Origin: Leptogorgia sarmentosa
Taxonomy: Eukaryota
Assembly: GCA_964658305.1 (NCBI GenBank)
Contig: OZ210884.1
Location: forward strand, 6,200,001 to 6,264,000
Length of the DNA stretch: 64,000 nt
Reading direction: 5' to 3'
Shown: one piece after another, positions 42,966 through 56,220 of the stretch
Layout: each line of letters begins with the position of its first letter
How positions within the stretch are numbered: the stretch's first letter is position 1
Notes under the pieces: model-generated
What the model saw: the letters and a program-made list of their open reading frames with translations, nothing else
Told to the model about the DNA's origin: nothing
Databases searched by the model: none
Made by a program: the position numbers and the translations under genes

Positions 42966-44252
42966 ATGAGAATGGAGAAACATGGCTGGATCACGAAATT
43001 TACTGCTCTTCGATTCTTCTTGGGTGGCATTGAAATTTACATTATTGCGCCTACAGCATGGTACTATATCAAATCCATGGGTCAGACAAAATTTTTTCTC
43101 GCTTTAGTCTTCACTGCCTACAACGTTGGCGCGATTATTGCTGGTCCTCTGTTCGGATTCTTAACAGATAAATTCGGAAATCCGAGGTTTATGTTTATTA
43201 GCTGTTGCGCAATGAAAGTCGTAGCTAATGTTATATACAGCATTAATCTTAGTGCATATTTCCCTTTGTTTGGAAGGCTGATGACTGGATTAAGTGGCGA
43301 TATAGCAATCCTTCTAGGGCAAGTTGCACTGCAGACAGAGGAAGAAAATCGCGGAAAAAACTTTGTGTTTTTGGAAGGTATATATTGTCTTGGAGCAGTA
43401 TTTGGTCCAGGAATTGGGAGTTTCATTTCATTCCGTGCGAATATATTAGGTTGGGAGATAGATGAGGGAAATTCGCCGGGAATTGTGTTGGCCATAATAT
43501 ATCTTATTTTTTTGATGGCATCGCTGTTATTACCTAAGGAAATCTGGGTGCCGAGCAACAAACAAAGTTCAACCGAAAAGGATTACGACGAAGGACTCGT
43601 TGATTATGAAAACAGTGATGATGAAACGCTTGCAGCACACCGCAATCCTGACGGGAAACTTAGTTACCTTTTGGACTCACGAATTTTATGTTTACTGTTC
43701 CTAATATTCTCTAGTGAAGTGTTTTCAAGCACGGCAACATTTTATGCTCCTATATTGGCACTGGATCATTTCCATCTAAAAGAGATCCACGTTAAGTTGT
43801 TATTCCTAAATTGCACTTTATTTACACTCCTACTTTTCATCTGTCTTCATTTGGTTTCAAAATATATCGAGGAAAGAAAACTTTTTGCATTTGCTTTGTT
43901 GATGGAAATAACTGCAATAATATTTCTAGCGTCATTGGCGTTCTTCTGGAATCAAGTCACTGATGTCCAGTATTACGTTCTACTTTTATACATCTGTCTG
44001 GGCATGCCGTATTTTGCGAATCCTTATGGAAATTCCATCCTTTCAAAGATCACGGATCCTAAGAATGCAACACTGGTTCAAGGCATATCACTGGCAACTG
44101 TACATTCGGCCATTGCATTATGTCGAGTACTGGTTAGTTTTGCATTTACGAAAACGAGCTTGTTATGTTACTGTTTTGGTATGGTCATTATGTGGTTGAT
44201 TGGTGTTATATGGTATGCTGTGTTGTATCGGAGAATGGTCCCAAGTGAATGA
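42966..44252 (+). CDS. Major facilitator superfamily transporter (MFSD8-like subgroup probable), 428 aa, intronless CDS
   Basis: About 12 hydrophobic segments in two halves separated by an acidic loop. MFS motif A-like GFLTDKFGNPR, GR..TG in TM4 and GAVFGPGIG in TM5. AATAAA follows the stop. Confidence 0.88.
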   Translation: MRMEKHGWITKFTALRFFLGGIEIYIIAPTAWYYIKSMGQTKFFLALVFTAYNVGAIIAGPLFGFLTDKFGNPRFMFISCCAMKVVANVIYSINLSAYFPLFGRLMTGLSGDIAILLGQVALQTEEENRGKNFVFLEGIYCLGAVFGPGIGSFISFRANILGWEIDEGNSPGIVLAIIYLIFLMASLLLPKEIWVPSNKQSSTEKDYDEGLVDYENSDDETLAAHRNPDGKLSYLLDSRILCLLFLIFSSEVFSSTATFYAPILALDHFHLKEIHVKLLFLNCTLFTLLLFICLHLVSKYIEERKLFAFALLMEITAIIFLASLAFFWNQVTDVQYYVLLLYICLGMPYFANPYGNSILSKITDPKNATLVQGISLATVHSAIALCRVLVSFAFTKTSLLCYCFGMVIMWLIGVIWYAVLYRRMVPSE

Positions 44253-44842
44253 ATAAAAAGTAAAAATTTACTTTATACATAGCCTATACGTTATGAATGT
44301 TTGTAGTTTTTTACGGAGAATAATAAATAAATGTGCAGAAATATGAATTTATTACGAGACTGGGTTTATCACATACTTTCCCTCAAGGGATAAAACTGAT
44401 ATCACCTCATCCCTCATATAACCTCTACAGGTTCCCTCCCTTTTCAGTGCTGACCTTATGTCACAACATCATTACCAATCGTTAATTTTTAACAAAACTA
44501 GAAACATGAAACCATGCCGCCCAGGCAATCCATGACATAGCTCCTTTTGATGAGATTAAGATTCTAATCAATAATTCGATATAATAACCAAAACATAAAT
44601 AATTTTCCAAACTAAACCCACTAACTTTATTCGACCAATCTGGTTATACATTCACAAACGGAATATGTTTTCATTTATCAACTACAATTGGTTTAATTAT
44701 TTTTACATAACAGTAAAAAATAAACCTGGTGCACTAAAAGTAATAAATGTTTACCGCAGTGTTCTTGCGATAATCTGTTCGCTTTTACATTCTAAAGTAC
44801 AACTAAGCTATTCCTCCAATGTTTTCATCTGAAGTGTATCAG

Positions 44843-47800
44843 TTACTTAGCTCCTTTTGGTTTAGTTACGACGGCGATTCTCTCTCGAACTGGAATATTG
44901 AACAATTCTTTATGTGTGCCGGGTGTTTGGCCACGCAAATCAAAATCGACATGCACTCCAGGCTGGAACACGAGGCAATGAGTGGAGCCACCAAAATGGA
45001 ACATACCAAGCTGGTCTCCCTTTTTCACGCGATCACCAGCCATCACTGTAATCTCGTTGGTGGACACTTCGGACATACCAATCGAGACAAAAACCATTAG
45101 ACCAATATCAGGATTATCAGCTTGGATGTAAACAATACCTCGAGCGGCAACTTGGCAGAGGTAGGCTTGGGATTCATTGGGTGACGCGGCATCAGTTTGG
45201 ATATCATAGGTTTGGGAATAATAAGAGCCATCCACCAACTCTGTTTGCAAGATCAAACCGGAAACTGGACTATGCCATCGATGATAGCTGGTCGCGCTCA
45301 AAAAGGCCTGGTAAACAGTACCACCGTAGAACCTCTGCGCCAGCTGATGATTGTTGAGCATGTGATCTAAATGATTTTTTAGAACTTGTCACACATACAG
45401 AAAACTGAGAAAAGTTTAGAAAAATCGACATTAAATTAGTGTTGTCAAACTAAAGTAGGAGTTCCTATTCAACTAACCCAGGATGAAACTACCAGCTCTT
45501 TGAAATCAGAGTTTACATAGCTTTTCAAAGGTACTGGTACCCAGGGTTGCCACTTGCGAGTATTAAATTTTGGCTATTTATCTTATTGCGAACTCTTTAT
45601 AACTCCTTATTATAACATTTGTAAATTAATCATCCTATGACATGTCACTATTATTAGCATTTATTTTGTAAAACTTTTATATATTTTACTGATCTATTTT
45701 AAACTAGTTATGTAAACTTGTGTTTTTCAGTTCGACTCTGAACTTCCATTAAAGTATTTTCTAATAAGTCAGAAATCAAATCAGTCAAGCCATCATTAGG
45801 CCAACAATGAAAAGGAAAAGTAATTACAAAGAAAAGAAAAGAGCGCTGCTAGCATTGCTAAAAAGTTTGGCTATTTATTCGAGTGATTTTTTATTGTACT
45901 TTTACTGGCATTTCAAATATTTTTCAATGTCTGGCATGTTTTAGGACTCTGCAATTATTAATAGTCGAGAAGTCTTGATGAATACTGAAATATTGTTTAG
46001 TGGAAACGTAAAGAATGCGTATTGCTTGACATACAGCGATAGCACTATCAATACACTGATTTTCCGCACAAGCTCTATGAACAGAATCTCGCCCCAAAAC
46101 GCAGGAAACGCATTTTAGGACTCTACTTTTCAAATTTCACCATGGGAATACAACCTCTGGCAGAATAGTACTAGTTGTAACTCCACCTAACGCCAAGTGA
46201 TCTGACGTCTGCCCCTCCCGTCCTAAAATTTCTAACCAAAAGCCTATAGAAGAACCTCAGGGCTCAGACATGTATACTGTATTATGCTAACAAAATCTGC
46301 TAGTTGTCCTTACCTAAGGAATATTGTTGATTCTTGATCCAGAACCAATCCTTTTTGTTCACATTACGTGCCAACTTGAAGGGTGCAGACTCACAGCAAT
46401 TTGCTATGACAGTATCATCATCAGGAGCTTCGACTGGACGAACTCCTTCGCGATATAATCTCACAAAGAAATCATCCCATGACTTGAATCCGTAATGTGT
46501 GGCCTTTGGATTACATTCAAATTCCTCGACAAAATTTGGCATGGCCTCCATCGCGTCTTTACCAAACCAGCCATGATGAGGATCATTAGTCAAAACATAA
46601 GTTGATGCTTTACTGGACAAAAATTTGCCCCAGTAATTCAAAATATCCTTGAATAATTTGTTGACCTATAAAATACGTATAGGAATACGTTGCTTTTAGT
46701 TATTTTAAAGGCTAATTTTACGAGCTCATAACTAGCAGCACTATTGGGGACTGACTGCATCTGATACTTGTACCTACTTTGTCATTCAGGAATGCAGCAA
46801 AGCCTGCAGGGGTAGCCATTGGCCAATTCAAGATGACGTTAATGGGAAACCCAACCAAACCAGTTTTGTTAAACTCAGGAGCTGTGTCCATGATCGCATT
46901 GATAATCAGAATCATAGTTTCCCAACAATCCACCACCACTGAGCCTCTTGGCATTGGCACTTTCTTCTGCTGCCAGAACATTTGATGAAAAAACATGTTG
47001 ATCTCTAGAAAAAGAAAGGTGATTAATTTACCTGCACCACGTTTATCATAGAGCTTTATATTTCACTTTACTATAGCGGGACAATAAATTGAGGATCGCG
47101 ACTTGACCTACATGGCCTGTAGCCAAAGTAGAAATATATCTTAGCTTGCTAGAGCAATCTGCGACTGCCTGTGCCCTAAGATGCACTAAAATACCGCTAT
47201 ATAATACTACTCATTTTGCAGAATCTTAGATTGTGGTCGATCTACGGTGCGTACAAAGACCATGCACCGTTTCCGCACAGTAGCTCAAATATTTCGGTAT
47301 GCAATCTGGGTTCTTTGAAATTTTGACTATTACACTTGTACCGAGTTGTTTGTATTGCAATTAACTAAGCGACGTCGAATTTATTTAAATATTTTACAAT
47401 ATGCCATGCACGCTGCTGAGCCATATACAGTGGTAAACAAGTACTTGTACTAAAAACCTCAGTCGGATATCTCACTTACAGACCTCAATATCTGTCAATA
47501 ATCCAGTTAAAATTGGCTGAATACAAAATCTGCGGTTTATCTCCACTTGACACAATTGTACGCAAAACATCGAAAGAACACAAAAAATACTTGTACCTTC
47601 TGCCAGCGGAAACGCCCACTGCGAAATCAGTTTTCAACTATAATCGATAGCGCCATCACATTCAAAGGGCGTGGTGGGTTTTTTGCCATCAATTTCTCAT
47701 GCAGAATTTTTATCTTGAATGCAACGAATCTCATCTTCAAGCATAAAGGAACTTGCACTCTATACTCGCTTGACAAAACTTATCTAGGTATAGCATTCCT

Positions 47801-48164
47801 CTGGACGATATATCATGCTATCTGCTGCACCTTTGTTGCAACCTGCGCAATTTGAATGCAATGCAAAGAACGTTCAATATGCTGTATTACCTGGGTCCGT
47901 AAGAATTGCATTCATCAATGCTTCAACAGGAGGATGAAGTCCTAGCTCGGAAGGATCAATGTCGGGACAGCAGGTATGCGGATGGCCTTTCATGGCTGTA
48001 TTTTCGTCTTCAGCGGGTGGATGTAGTTTCATCATCAGGTCATACTTTGCTTTATGCTTGGTCTTGAGGTCTTTGAGAAGACCAGCGAGCCATTTGTCAG
48101 TGACGCTTCTATCTGAAGGAAGCCATTGACCAATGGGTTGACGCTTTTTCTGTTTGGAGCTCAT
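44843..48164 (-). CDS. Phosphatidylserine-decarboxylase-family pyruvoyl enzyme of the soluble bacterial/fungal (PsiD-like) type, 458 aa. Exons 48164-47891, 47004-46778, 46665-46314, 45366-44843
   Basis: Four exons with GT-AG introns join in frame (1377 nt). Motifs: GQWLPSD..W, LVGFPIN..LNWPM.TPAG, YWGKFL.S, GFKSWDDFFVR, CESAP, YHRWHSPVSG, GMSEVST, and the self-cleavage motif GMFHFGG/STHCLVF. Confidence 0.88.
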
Positions 48165-48288
48165 GATTTTACACTTTGTGCTTCGCTGCTTGTTCAGTTA
48201 CAGAATGACGAATGGTGATCAAATGCCTGGACTTTAAGCTGCATCTTATCACTAACGCATGCGCAGTAATGTTGCGGTTACCAAGTGA

Positions 48289-48298
48289 TATTTATAGA
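48289..48298 (-). promoter_or_regulatory. Putative TATA box of the decarboxylase gene
   Basis: ctataaatat on the minus strand ~125 bp upstream of the ATG. Positional inference only. Confidence 0.35.
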
Positions 48299-50370
48299 GG
48301 TCTGTTGTCTTTTGCCATTGACTGTCTTTGGACATGCATGAGATGATAGATATCATACCTATTGTCTGCACATGTTTACAGTTTGATTTCTTGGTTATGC
48401 AATTATCCACATATGGATAAATAGCTGCGGGATCTTCTTAGGAAAACTCTCAGCACGAAACCCAGAATATCAAGTACTGCGGCATGCAATGTGAAATTAG
48501 GATATTTGATATTTTTCCATGTAGAAATTTACAAACTCCATCTTTTTGCATGGTCACCTGAGCTTCGTCTCAATGCTTATCTTGTTATCCTAGAATTTGA
48601 AATTTCCCCTGTGCAAAGCTGAAATTGCAATCTCTCACCACCTAGAAACTCATAAATTATTTGAATTGAATGAAATCAATATATTGACGTACGGTATACG
48701 TCAGGAAATGCATTTTAACAGTAAGTGGTTATCAACCAGTCCCAGTTGATTGGTGGACAACAATGTGGCTTAGTGCCACTTTGTCTGAGAATTGAAACTG
48801 CATTACAAAGAGTCATTCAACGCAGATTATGACAGATTAAGTTGCACATTACAGGGGGTAACTTTGCATTAAACAGGGGAAAATCTGAGGAATTAAAGAC
48901 AGGTTATTCTAGTGCAACCACAGCAAAACGTTTGGTCACCCCAAACTCGTAACTTTTGATAAAAATGGCAAATAGTGAAACAGCTGTAAATTCATGTTCC
49001 GTTGTGCCCTCAAGCTGTAAACCATCAGCAATGGCCAATGAGCTCACAATGAATGACGGGTATTCTAGGGTTGCAACTTGCAAGTGGCGTGAGGTTTCAA
49101 CTTTAAATAGCGGCACAACCATGAGACAGTTTTTGTAGCGAACGATATATTCAATTGCGGATCAGTTGCTCCACAGTTACTCTCGCTCGTGCATGCAGCA
49201 TAATCGTCGATACATTTTAGGTTGACTCCCACTGTTTTCAATATTAAAAACCTTTGGTGGAACCTCTGACTATTGACTATTGAGAGAGTTATATTGAGCA
49301 TTCCTTGAATAGCTTCGGTGAAACAAAATACTAGCACTACTAGCAGTAGCAGCGAAAAAGGCTTGCAGGCTTAATATGTAAGGTTTGTTTGTTTGGAAGA
49401 ACATTTTTAAAATTATTGTATATTAGCATACTATTGGTTAAAGAAGTACTCAGTATTATTCAGTGTATTGGGAGAACCTTGGTATATATTTGGCATTTAA
49501 TTCGCCTTCCTATCTGAAGTGTTAAAGACCTAGCTATTCAGCTTATAACTAAACAGAAAATTCTGAAATTTTAATGGATCACTTTACAAAATTTTCAGTA
49601 AACCGACTGAGAGGTGAAAACAAATGCTCAAATTAGTATTCGCTTAGGCGGGCAAACCAAGAAATATTATATGGCATTTGTACGTCATGTGGATAAAAAA
49701 CACAACTTAGTGCAGCGGGTTCATTTTGATCTCAGATTATCTCTTGGGAAAACACTGGGCTGGAGAGTCGAAATAGTGGAATATCAACACAATGTAACTG
49801 CATGAGCCTTGCACTCATTATTTTTATAGGGGGTCAGAGACAAAAGGAAATGATGAGTGATGTATACATAATTTGATTGTTCTGCAACGTGCATACTTGC
49901 ATGCTTGTGTGGAAATGCAGGTCTCGCTGCGCTGATTACAAGACAATTTCCATCACATCACAGTGAATTCACTGTTCTATCAGCAGACTGCCATGCATAT
50001 GTGTAGAAATGCAGGTCTTGTCGCGTTGATTACAAGACAATTTCCATCACTGCACTACTAGCTAAGTGGGTTCTTTCAACAAGATCGATATTCAGACGGC
50101 ATCAGTTCACAAAACTTGCGGTTTTTTGCCTCTTGAATATTTGAGACAAAAAATACTTCAAATGATTGACTGATATAAGACACGAGTGTTTACGTCTAAT
50201 AGTGCTTTTAAGAATTTGCATGAAATGTCACGAAAGCGAAGCGCCGAAGACACTGTGAACTGATGCAATAATTTTGACTCGGTAATTATTGAAAGGACCA
50301 CGTTTACACTGGCAACTTTTGCTGCAACCTGCAGTGCGGATTTTCCACCTTTGACGAATGTGAAAGATTA

Positions 50371-50522
50371 AAGCCGGTTTTCCACTAGCGATTTTTGTCG
50401 CGCGAAGCGAATATTTTCCATTGTCCTTAAGCTTTCGACTGGAACCATCTGGAACTAATTGCATCAAGACAAAAGAAAAAAATCGATTCGCGCGACAAAA
50501 GTCGCTAGTGGAAAACCGGCTT
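50371..50522. mobile_element. MITE, PIF/Harbinger-like
   Basis: TIRs aagccggttttccactagcgatttttgtcgcgcgaa / ttcgcgcgacaaaagtcgctagtggaaaaccggctt in a TTA/TAA context. Confidence 0.75.
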
Positions 50523-51600
50523 AAATCAGTGACGAATCCTCAGGTGATGCAGGCAAGGCCAGGAAAACATGCATTCACATTCGTTATTAATCCACTCGTT
50601 CACATCCATCACAAGACGAAAATCGCCTGATCATGAAATTAAAACGCAAGTGTAAACTGATCAACTATGATAACCTTGTTACGGTGATGTCAAGAATAGT
50701 ATTGTTGTATTGGAGCATGCGCAGTGTTTCAATCCTTATAAGGGTAGCCTCTACTATATCACAAACTAGATAATTGTCGTGGACGTGATAAGGAAGCAAC
50801 TATTTCACTAATTCTCAGAGGTCAACAACGACATTGGAAATTCCAATGCAGATGTGTCTGTACCCTGCCCCTGGGAAATACTCTAATTATTTATCTAATT
50901 ATTCAATCATTATGACAATATTAACGAATGCCAGAACGCAGTAGGATTTTTTTTTATCCGCCGGATAGATATTTCGCAACACTATCAATAAAGCATACAG
51001 ATGTTCTAGACAATAAAGAATAAGTTTCGCTATCGAAGTTTTGCGCAAAGACCTTTTGTCGGTTGCTTCCTTTCAGGGGCGTAGCCAGCCCTACAAAAGT
51101 GAGGGGGTCCATTCATGCAGTAGATCATATAGAGCTACAGTATACTCCGCATACAAATATGTCCAAACGTATTTCATGTATTTTAGGCGGGGATGTTATG
51201 AACTTGAAAATAATAAATGTTTCACAAGTGAACCATAAACAAAACAGCCTAATGTGTGTGTATATTAATGAAATAATATATTAATCAAATGTTTTGAATG
51301 CAATGGTGATTAGACTATGAGGAGGCGTACCCGATATTCCTTATATCCGCTTTTTTACTTGAATTTGGAGGAATTGAAAGACATGTTTTGAATAAAAGTG
51401 GGGGGGTCCGGACCCCTGATGTTGTTATTGACTGCCCACACTGCAGACATACTGAACTTCAATGCGTGCATTTCTCAGCCCGACTGTCCGTAGGTCCGTT
51501 GGTTGAAAACTCTTAGGCCGTACAAAGTTACCTCAAAGCCCCAACTGACATAGTTCTTACGTGATATTCAATCAAACACCGATACTTTATTTTGAGACAC

Positions 51601-51770
51601 CTGGGGTCGGTTGTATAAAACTCTTAACTATCCGTTCCGTAGTTAAGTGGTAGAAATTAAATTAAATTAATTTAAAATTGAAATACGCGTTTCTGATTGA
51701 TCAATTTTCGCACTTAACTATAGTTAACTATAGTTAACTTTAACTACCTTTTTATACAACCGGCCCCTGG
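51601..51770. mobile_element. MITE
   Basis: TIRs ggggtcggttgtataaaa / ttttatacaaccggcccc. Confidence 0.65.
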
Positions 51771-52333
51771 CTGGTATATATATACCATCTGCATACGTAC
51801 GCATGTTTCAACGTTTACGCCTCATCAGCGCAGCTTCGTCCATGTGCAGATAAGAGACATCAAAACAATTTTGCAGTAACAGGAACTAGCTTTTAGTGAA
51901 ATAACGTAAACATGGAATGTAGAAACGTGAGGAGGTTGACTGGATGACGTAAAAGATGATGGAGTTTAGCCGAGTAAAAAACAGTGCCAGCCTGCCAGGA
52001 CAACAAACAAGCCTGGTCAGTTGTCACCTTTTTTGAAACAAGTAAAACTAATATAGTTCCCTTGAAGTCCGCGGAGAAATAGAGTTCGCAAAAAGATAAT
52101 TTACGCAGTTGTGCGCGTTTTATTCCAAATAAAACAACGAATGCAGGAATGGAAACTTGATCCATCTATGACTTATACTGCCGATAAGTCGATGACAAGT
52201 GTTCGCTGCAGGCAATTCCGAAACAATAGACATTTCACCGGTTACACGCGCCTTCATCCGCACAGCATTTATACGAGTTGGTGTATTGCGATCAATTGAA
52301 TGTGTGACAGAAACATTTTCGTTCGGCAAGAGC

Positions 52334-53298
52334 ATGATACAGAGATACATCCAGTGTTTTTCTTTGCTGCTGTTTGTAACAACAACATGCGCAGAAGGTT
52401 CAGTATTGAACAAGCCACAAGTCTGCGCGAGTAATAACGCTGTCCTTGGCACAGAAATCAACATGAACGAGCAGAAGAAAACTCATATTCGTATCAGAAG
52501 ATCATAAAAACAATCGAAGATGTCTTGGTTGCGAATGGTGTGGTTGTGATTCGAAATCAGACGATGGACAGACATGCCCAGTGCAATTTCACAGAGAATC
52601 TCGGAGCGATAATTGTACTGCCTCAATCCTTCGAGAACAATGACCCAGAACCAGGGCTACCAGCTATTCAGAGAGTCACCAACTACTTCCACAATGGAAC
52701 ATGGAAGGGGGTTCGCCATTGTTTCGGATGTTATTGGCACAAGGACGGAAATTTCCATTCGTCCGACTACATAGCAAGTTTACTCTATGCTCAAAAGGTG
52801 CCCGGCCCTGCCAAAGCAACAATGTTTCTGGATAACTGCGTCGCTTACGATCTCATTCCTTCAGATCTAAAAGAACGGATCAAGGACACAATCTTCTGGG
52901 TGTCGGTTCGGGATATTCCAGATTTTAAAAACGGCACGGAAGAGGACTTGGCCCTTTTCCCAGAAGCTGCATTGCATCCCATATTCTACACTCACCCTGG
53001 TTCAGGACGTCGTTGTTTGTATATGACCAACACGATGGTGACGCTGCGACCCAAGAGTGTGGACGAAATGAGAGATCTACAGGCAGCCTGGGATATCATG
53101 ACCACTCAGGCACCTAAATATTACCACTATTGGACCTCAGGAGACATCGTTATTTGGGACAATCTGGCAGTCATGCACAAAGCAGGCAAGAAACGGACTG
53201 GATCTTCTCCCAAAGATCCAAGAATGCTCTTCAGGACTCAATATTATATCAGTAAGACTACAAGAGAAAATATTTTGGACCTTGACCTAAGAGCTTGA
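52334..53298 (+). pseudogene. TauD/TfdA-family dioxygenase copy 1, frameshifted near 52473 (pseudogene or sequencing error)
   Basis: The ATG at 52334 begins the same signal peptide as copies 2 and 3. aacgagcagaagaaaac here versus aacgagctggaagaaaac in copy 2 is a 1-nt deletion. The rest of the domain (52525-53298) is intact and has a different, longer C-terminus. Confidence 0.8.
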
Positions 53299-54794
53299 AC
53301 ATTGAAATTTTGAATTGAATACTTGAAACTATATATGATTTCCTTTGTTTTGTCTCATTACAAGCTACAAAATCTATTTTCCTGGGATTGAATGTTTCAA
53401 CCATTCAGTATGGCGAAGCGGCAAAATATAGTAGATATTCCGTGATCACAATGACACCGCGTGCAGTCCAAACATGTACATGTACAAATGTGTCAGTGCC
53501 GACACGCTAAAGTATCGTATTATAAGCTTTCATGACTATCTCGCATTCCGGAATTCGCGCGATCATATCAAATTGCATAATGAATTTAAACTTGACGAAA
53601 TATCATATCGCATTTTATCCTATTGCGTCCTTAAAATATAGACAGCGCTTTGCGATTGCTTGTAAAAAATGTGGCTTTCTAAAAACCAAATTTACTCTTT
53701 TCAAAACCATATTATAATAATATACTTATATACACTTAGTATATTCTATCCATTCATGCAGCATTTGCCTAGACGCTCAAGTGTATGATCGGTATCGGAG
53801 CGAGAGGATCAAGAGCCTGGGAACGATGTTGGATCGGTATGCGCGTAGCTTCAAAACAGAATACTTCAAACTATATATGATTTCGTTTGTTTTGTCTCGC
53901 GCTTGCTAACAAATCTATTTTCCTGGGATTGAATGTTTCAACCATTCTGTACGGCGAAGCGTCAAAATATAGTAGTTATTCCGTGATCACAATGACACCG
54001 CGTGCAGTCCAAACATGTACAAATGTGTCAGTGCCGACACGCTAAAGTATCGTAGGGAAAATATACGAGCAATTTTGTCAAGACATAAACCTCTTTCAAT
54101 CGCGACGTGTATAATATTCGCTCATTTCGCTGTGTGTGTTTAAGGTAATACAATGTATAATTTGCGTCATGATATTTCTGCTTTGATGATCTAAATTCCA
54201 TAGCAAACCTCCTTAATATCACATATACACAAGCTAACAGCACGAAGCTCTGATTGACTATAAGCTAACAGCACGAAGCTCTGATTGGCTACAAGCACGG
54301 TTACAGTTACAGTTATAAGATTATGGAGTTTAGCCTAATAGCGAACAGTGCCAGGACAAGAAACAGGGCAGTGAGGGCAGACAAGTGTATTCTTAATTGC
54401 ATAATACGCGTCGTTTATATTGACCTTCCTCTTGACCTTCGCGTGTACATTTCCGTCATTTTCGGGCCCAGTCACCTTTGAAAAAAGTTAAAACGAAGTT
54501 AAACCCGGCGAAAAAATTATAGTTCCCTTGAAATCCACCGAGAAATAAAGTTCGCAAAAAGATAATTTATACAGTTTTCCGCGTTTTATTCCAAATAAAA
54601 TAACGAATGCAGGAATGGAAACTTGATCCATCTATGACTTATCTAAATTGAGAACAAAAAATGCCGATGACAAGGCAATATATAAACAATAGACAGTTCA
54701 TATAACCGGTTACACACTTTCATCTGCACAGCATTTAAACGAGTTGGTGTATTGCGATCAATTGAATGTGTACAGATAAATATTCGGCAAGAGC

Positions 54795-55715
54795 ATGATA
54801 CAGAGATATATCCAGTGTTTTTCTTTGCTGCTGTTTGTAACAACAACATGTGCAGGAGGTTCAGTATTGAACAAGCCACAAGTCTGCGCGAGTAATAACG
54901 CTGTCCTTGGCACAGAAATCAACATGAACGAGCTGGAAGAAAACTCAGATTCGTATCAGACGATCATAAAAACAATCAAAGATGTCTTGGTTGCGAATGG
55001 TGTTGTTGTGATTCGAAATCAGACGATGGACAGACATGCCCAGTGCAAATTCACAGAGAATCTGGGAGCGATAATTTTAGTGCCTGAATCCTTCGAAACC
55101 AGTGACCCAGAACCAGGGCTGCCAGCTATTCAGAGGGTCACCAACTACTTCCACAATGGAACATGGAGGGGGGTTCGCTATTGTTTCGGATGTTATTGGC
55201 ACAAGGACGCAGATTACCATTCAGTCGACTACGTTGCAAGTTTACTCTATGCTCAAAAGGTGATAGGCCCTGCCAAAGCAACAATGTTTCTGGATAACTG
55301 TGTCGCTTATGATCTCATTCCTTCAGATCTAAGACAACGGATCAAGGGCACAATCTTCTTGGTGTCGGTTCGGGACATTCAATATTTTGAAAACGCCACG
55401 GAAGAGGACTTGGCCCTTTTCCCAGAAGCTGCATTGCATCCCATATTCTACACTCACCCTGGTTCAGGACGTCGTTGTTTGTATATGACCAACATGATGG
55501 TGACGCTGCGACCCAAGACTGTGGACGAAATGAGGGATCTACAGACAGCCTGGGATATAATGACCACTCAGGCACCTAAATATTACCACTATTGGACCTC
55601 AGGAGACATCGTTATTTGGGACAATCTGGCAGTCATGCACAAACCAGGCGAGAAACGGACTGGATCTTCTCCCAAAGATCCGAGGATGCTCTTCAGGACT
55701 CAATATTACATTTAA
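54795..55715 (+). CDS. TauD/TfdA-family Fe(II)/2-oxoglutarate dioxygenase copy 2, 306 aa, predicted signal peptide, intronless
   Basis: LGTEI, L..NGVVVIRNQ, WHKD (HxD), T.FLD...AYD, HPI...HP.SGRRCLY, W..GDIVIWDNLAVMH and R.L.R are the TauD-family motifs. The N-terminus MIQRYIQCFSLLLFVTTTCAG is hydrophobic. Confidence 0.9.
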   Translation: MIQRYIQCFSLLLFVTTTCAGGSVLNKPQVCASNNAVLGTEINMNELEENSDSYQTIIKTIKDVLVANGVVVIRNQTMDRHAQCKFTENLGAIILVPESFETSDPEPGLPAIQRVTNYFHNGTWRGVRYCFGCYWHKDADYHSVDYVASLLYAQKVIGPAKATMFLDNCVAYDLIPSDLRQRIKGTIFLVSVRDIQYFENATEEDLALFPEAALHPIFYTHPGSGRRCLYMTNMMVTLRPKTVDEMRDLQTAWDIMTTQAPKYYHYWTSGDIVIWDNLAVMHKPGEKRTGSSPKDPRMLFRTQYYI

Positions 55716-55983
55716 GACCGTGTTGTATTTCCTTATTTTTATTCTTTTTGCCTTATTTCTGACGTTTCTTACTTTGCCTCTAAAACAAGTATACAATTGA
55801 TTAGCCAATCAATTTAGAGCAAAAATCTGACAAATTCATCGAAATATACAGACAAGCCAAAAAGAAACAAGTATTTCTTTATTTCTATTACAGTAACATA
55901 GTTCATCGATGATATTACACATTTTAAAATTTTATGCATAAATTTTAACTGAATTCTTCGGGAAGGTACAATCAATCTCAGTC

Positions 55984-56220
55984 TCAACTGGACTCATCCC
56001 TTGCTCTGAAGCCGAAATGTAACGACAAAATCCACCAAACATGCAGTCTGCTGAAGGACTTCAGGTTTACAGGTTCGCGGTTTCTGAACAAGCCTTTGTC
56101 AAACAACTCTTCTTCCTCTTCAGTCAAAGCTCTGGCAGCTTCGGGTCGGTTTCCTTTCGCGTAGTCTTCAACTAACTGTCTCTTTCCGGCAAGAAGAACC
56201 TCTCTGGATTTGGCGAATTC
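55984..56220 (-). mobile_element. Degenerate Crypton-type (DUF3504-like tyrosine-recombinase-related) coding fragment
   Basis: The minus strand translates as EFAKSREVLLAGKRQLVEDYAKGNRPEAARALTEEEEELFDKGLF...VWWILSLHFGFRARDE*. This resembles the recalled GKGN.P..A..LT.EEE and HFG.R.R.E motifs of Crypton/DUF3504 proteins. Confidence 0.65.

Noticed and set aside
43118..43561. 147-aa antisense ORF (also 6137-6439)
   Set aside because: These are shadows of real CDSs on the opposite strand.
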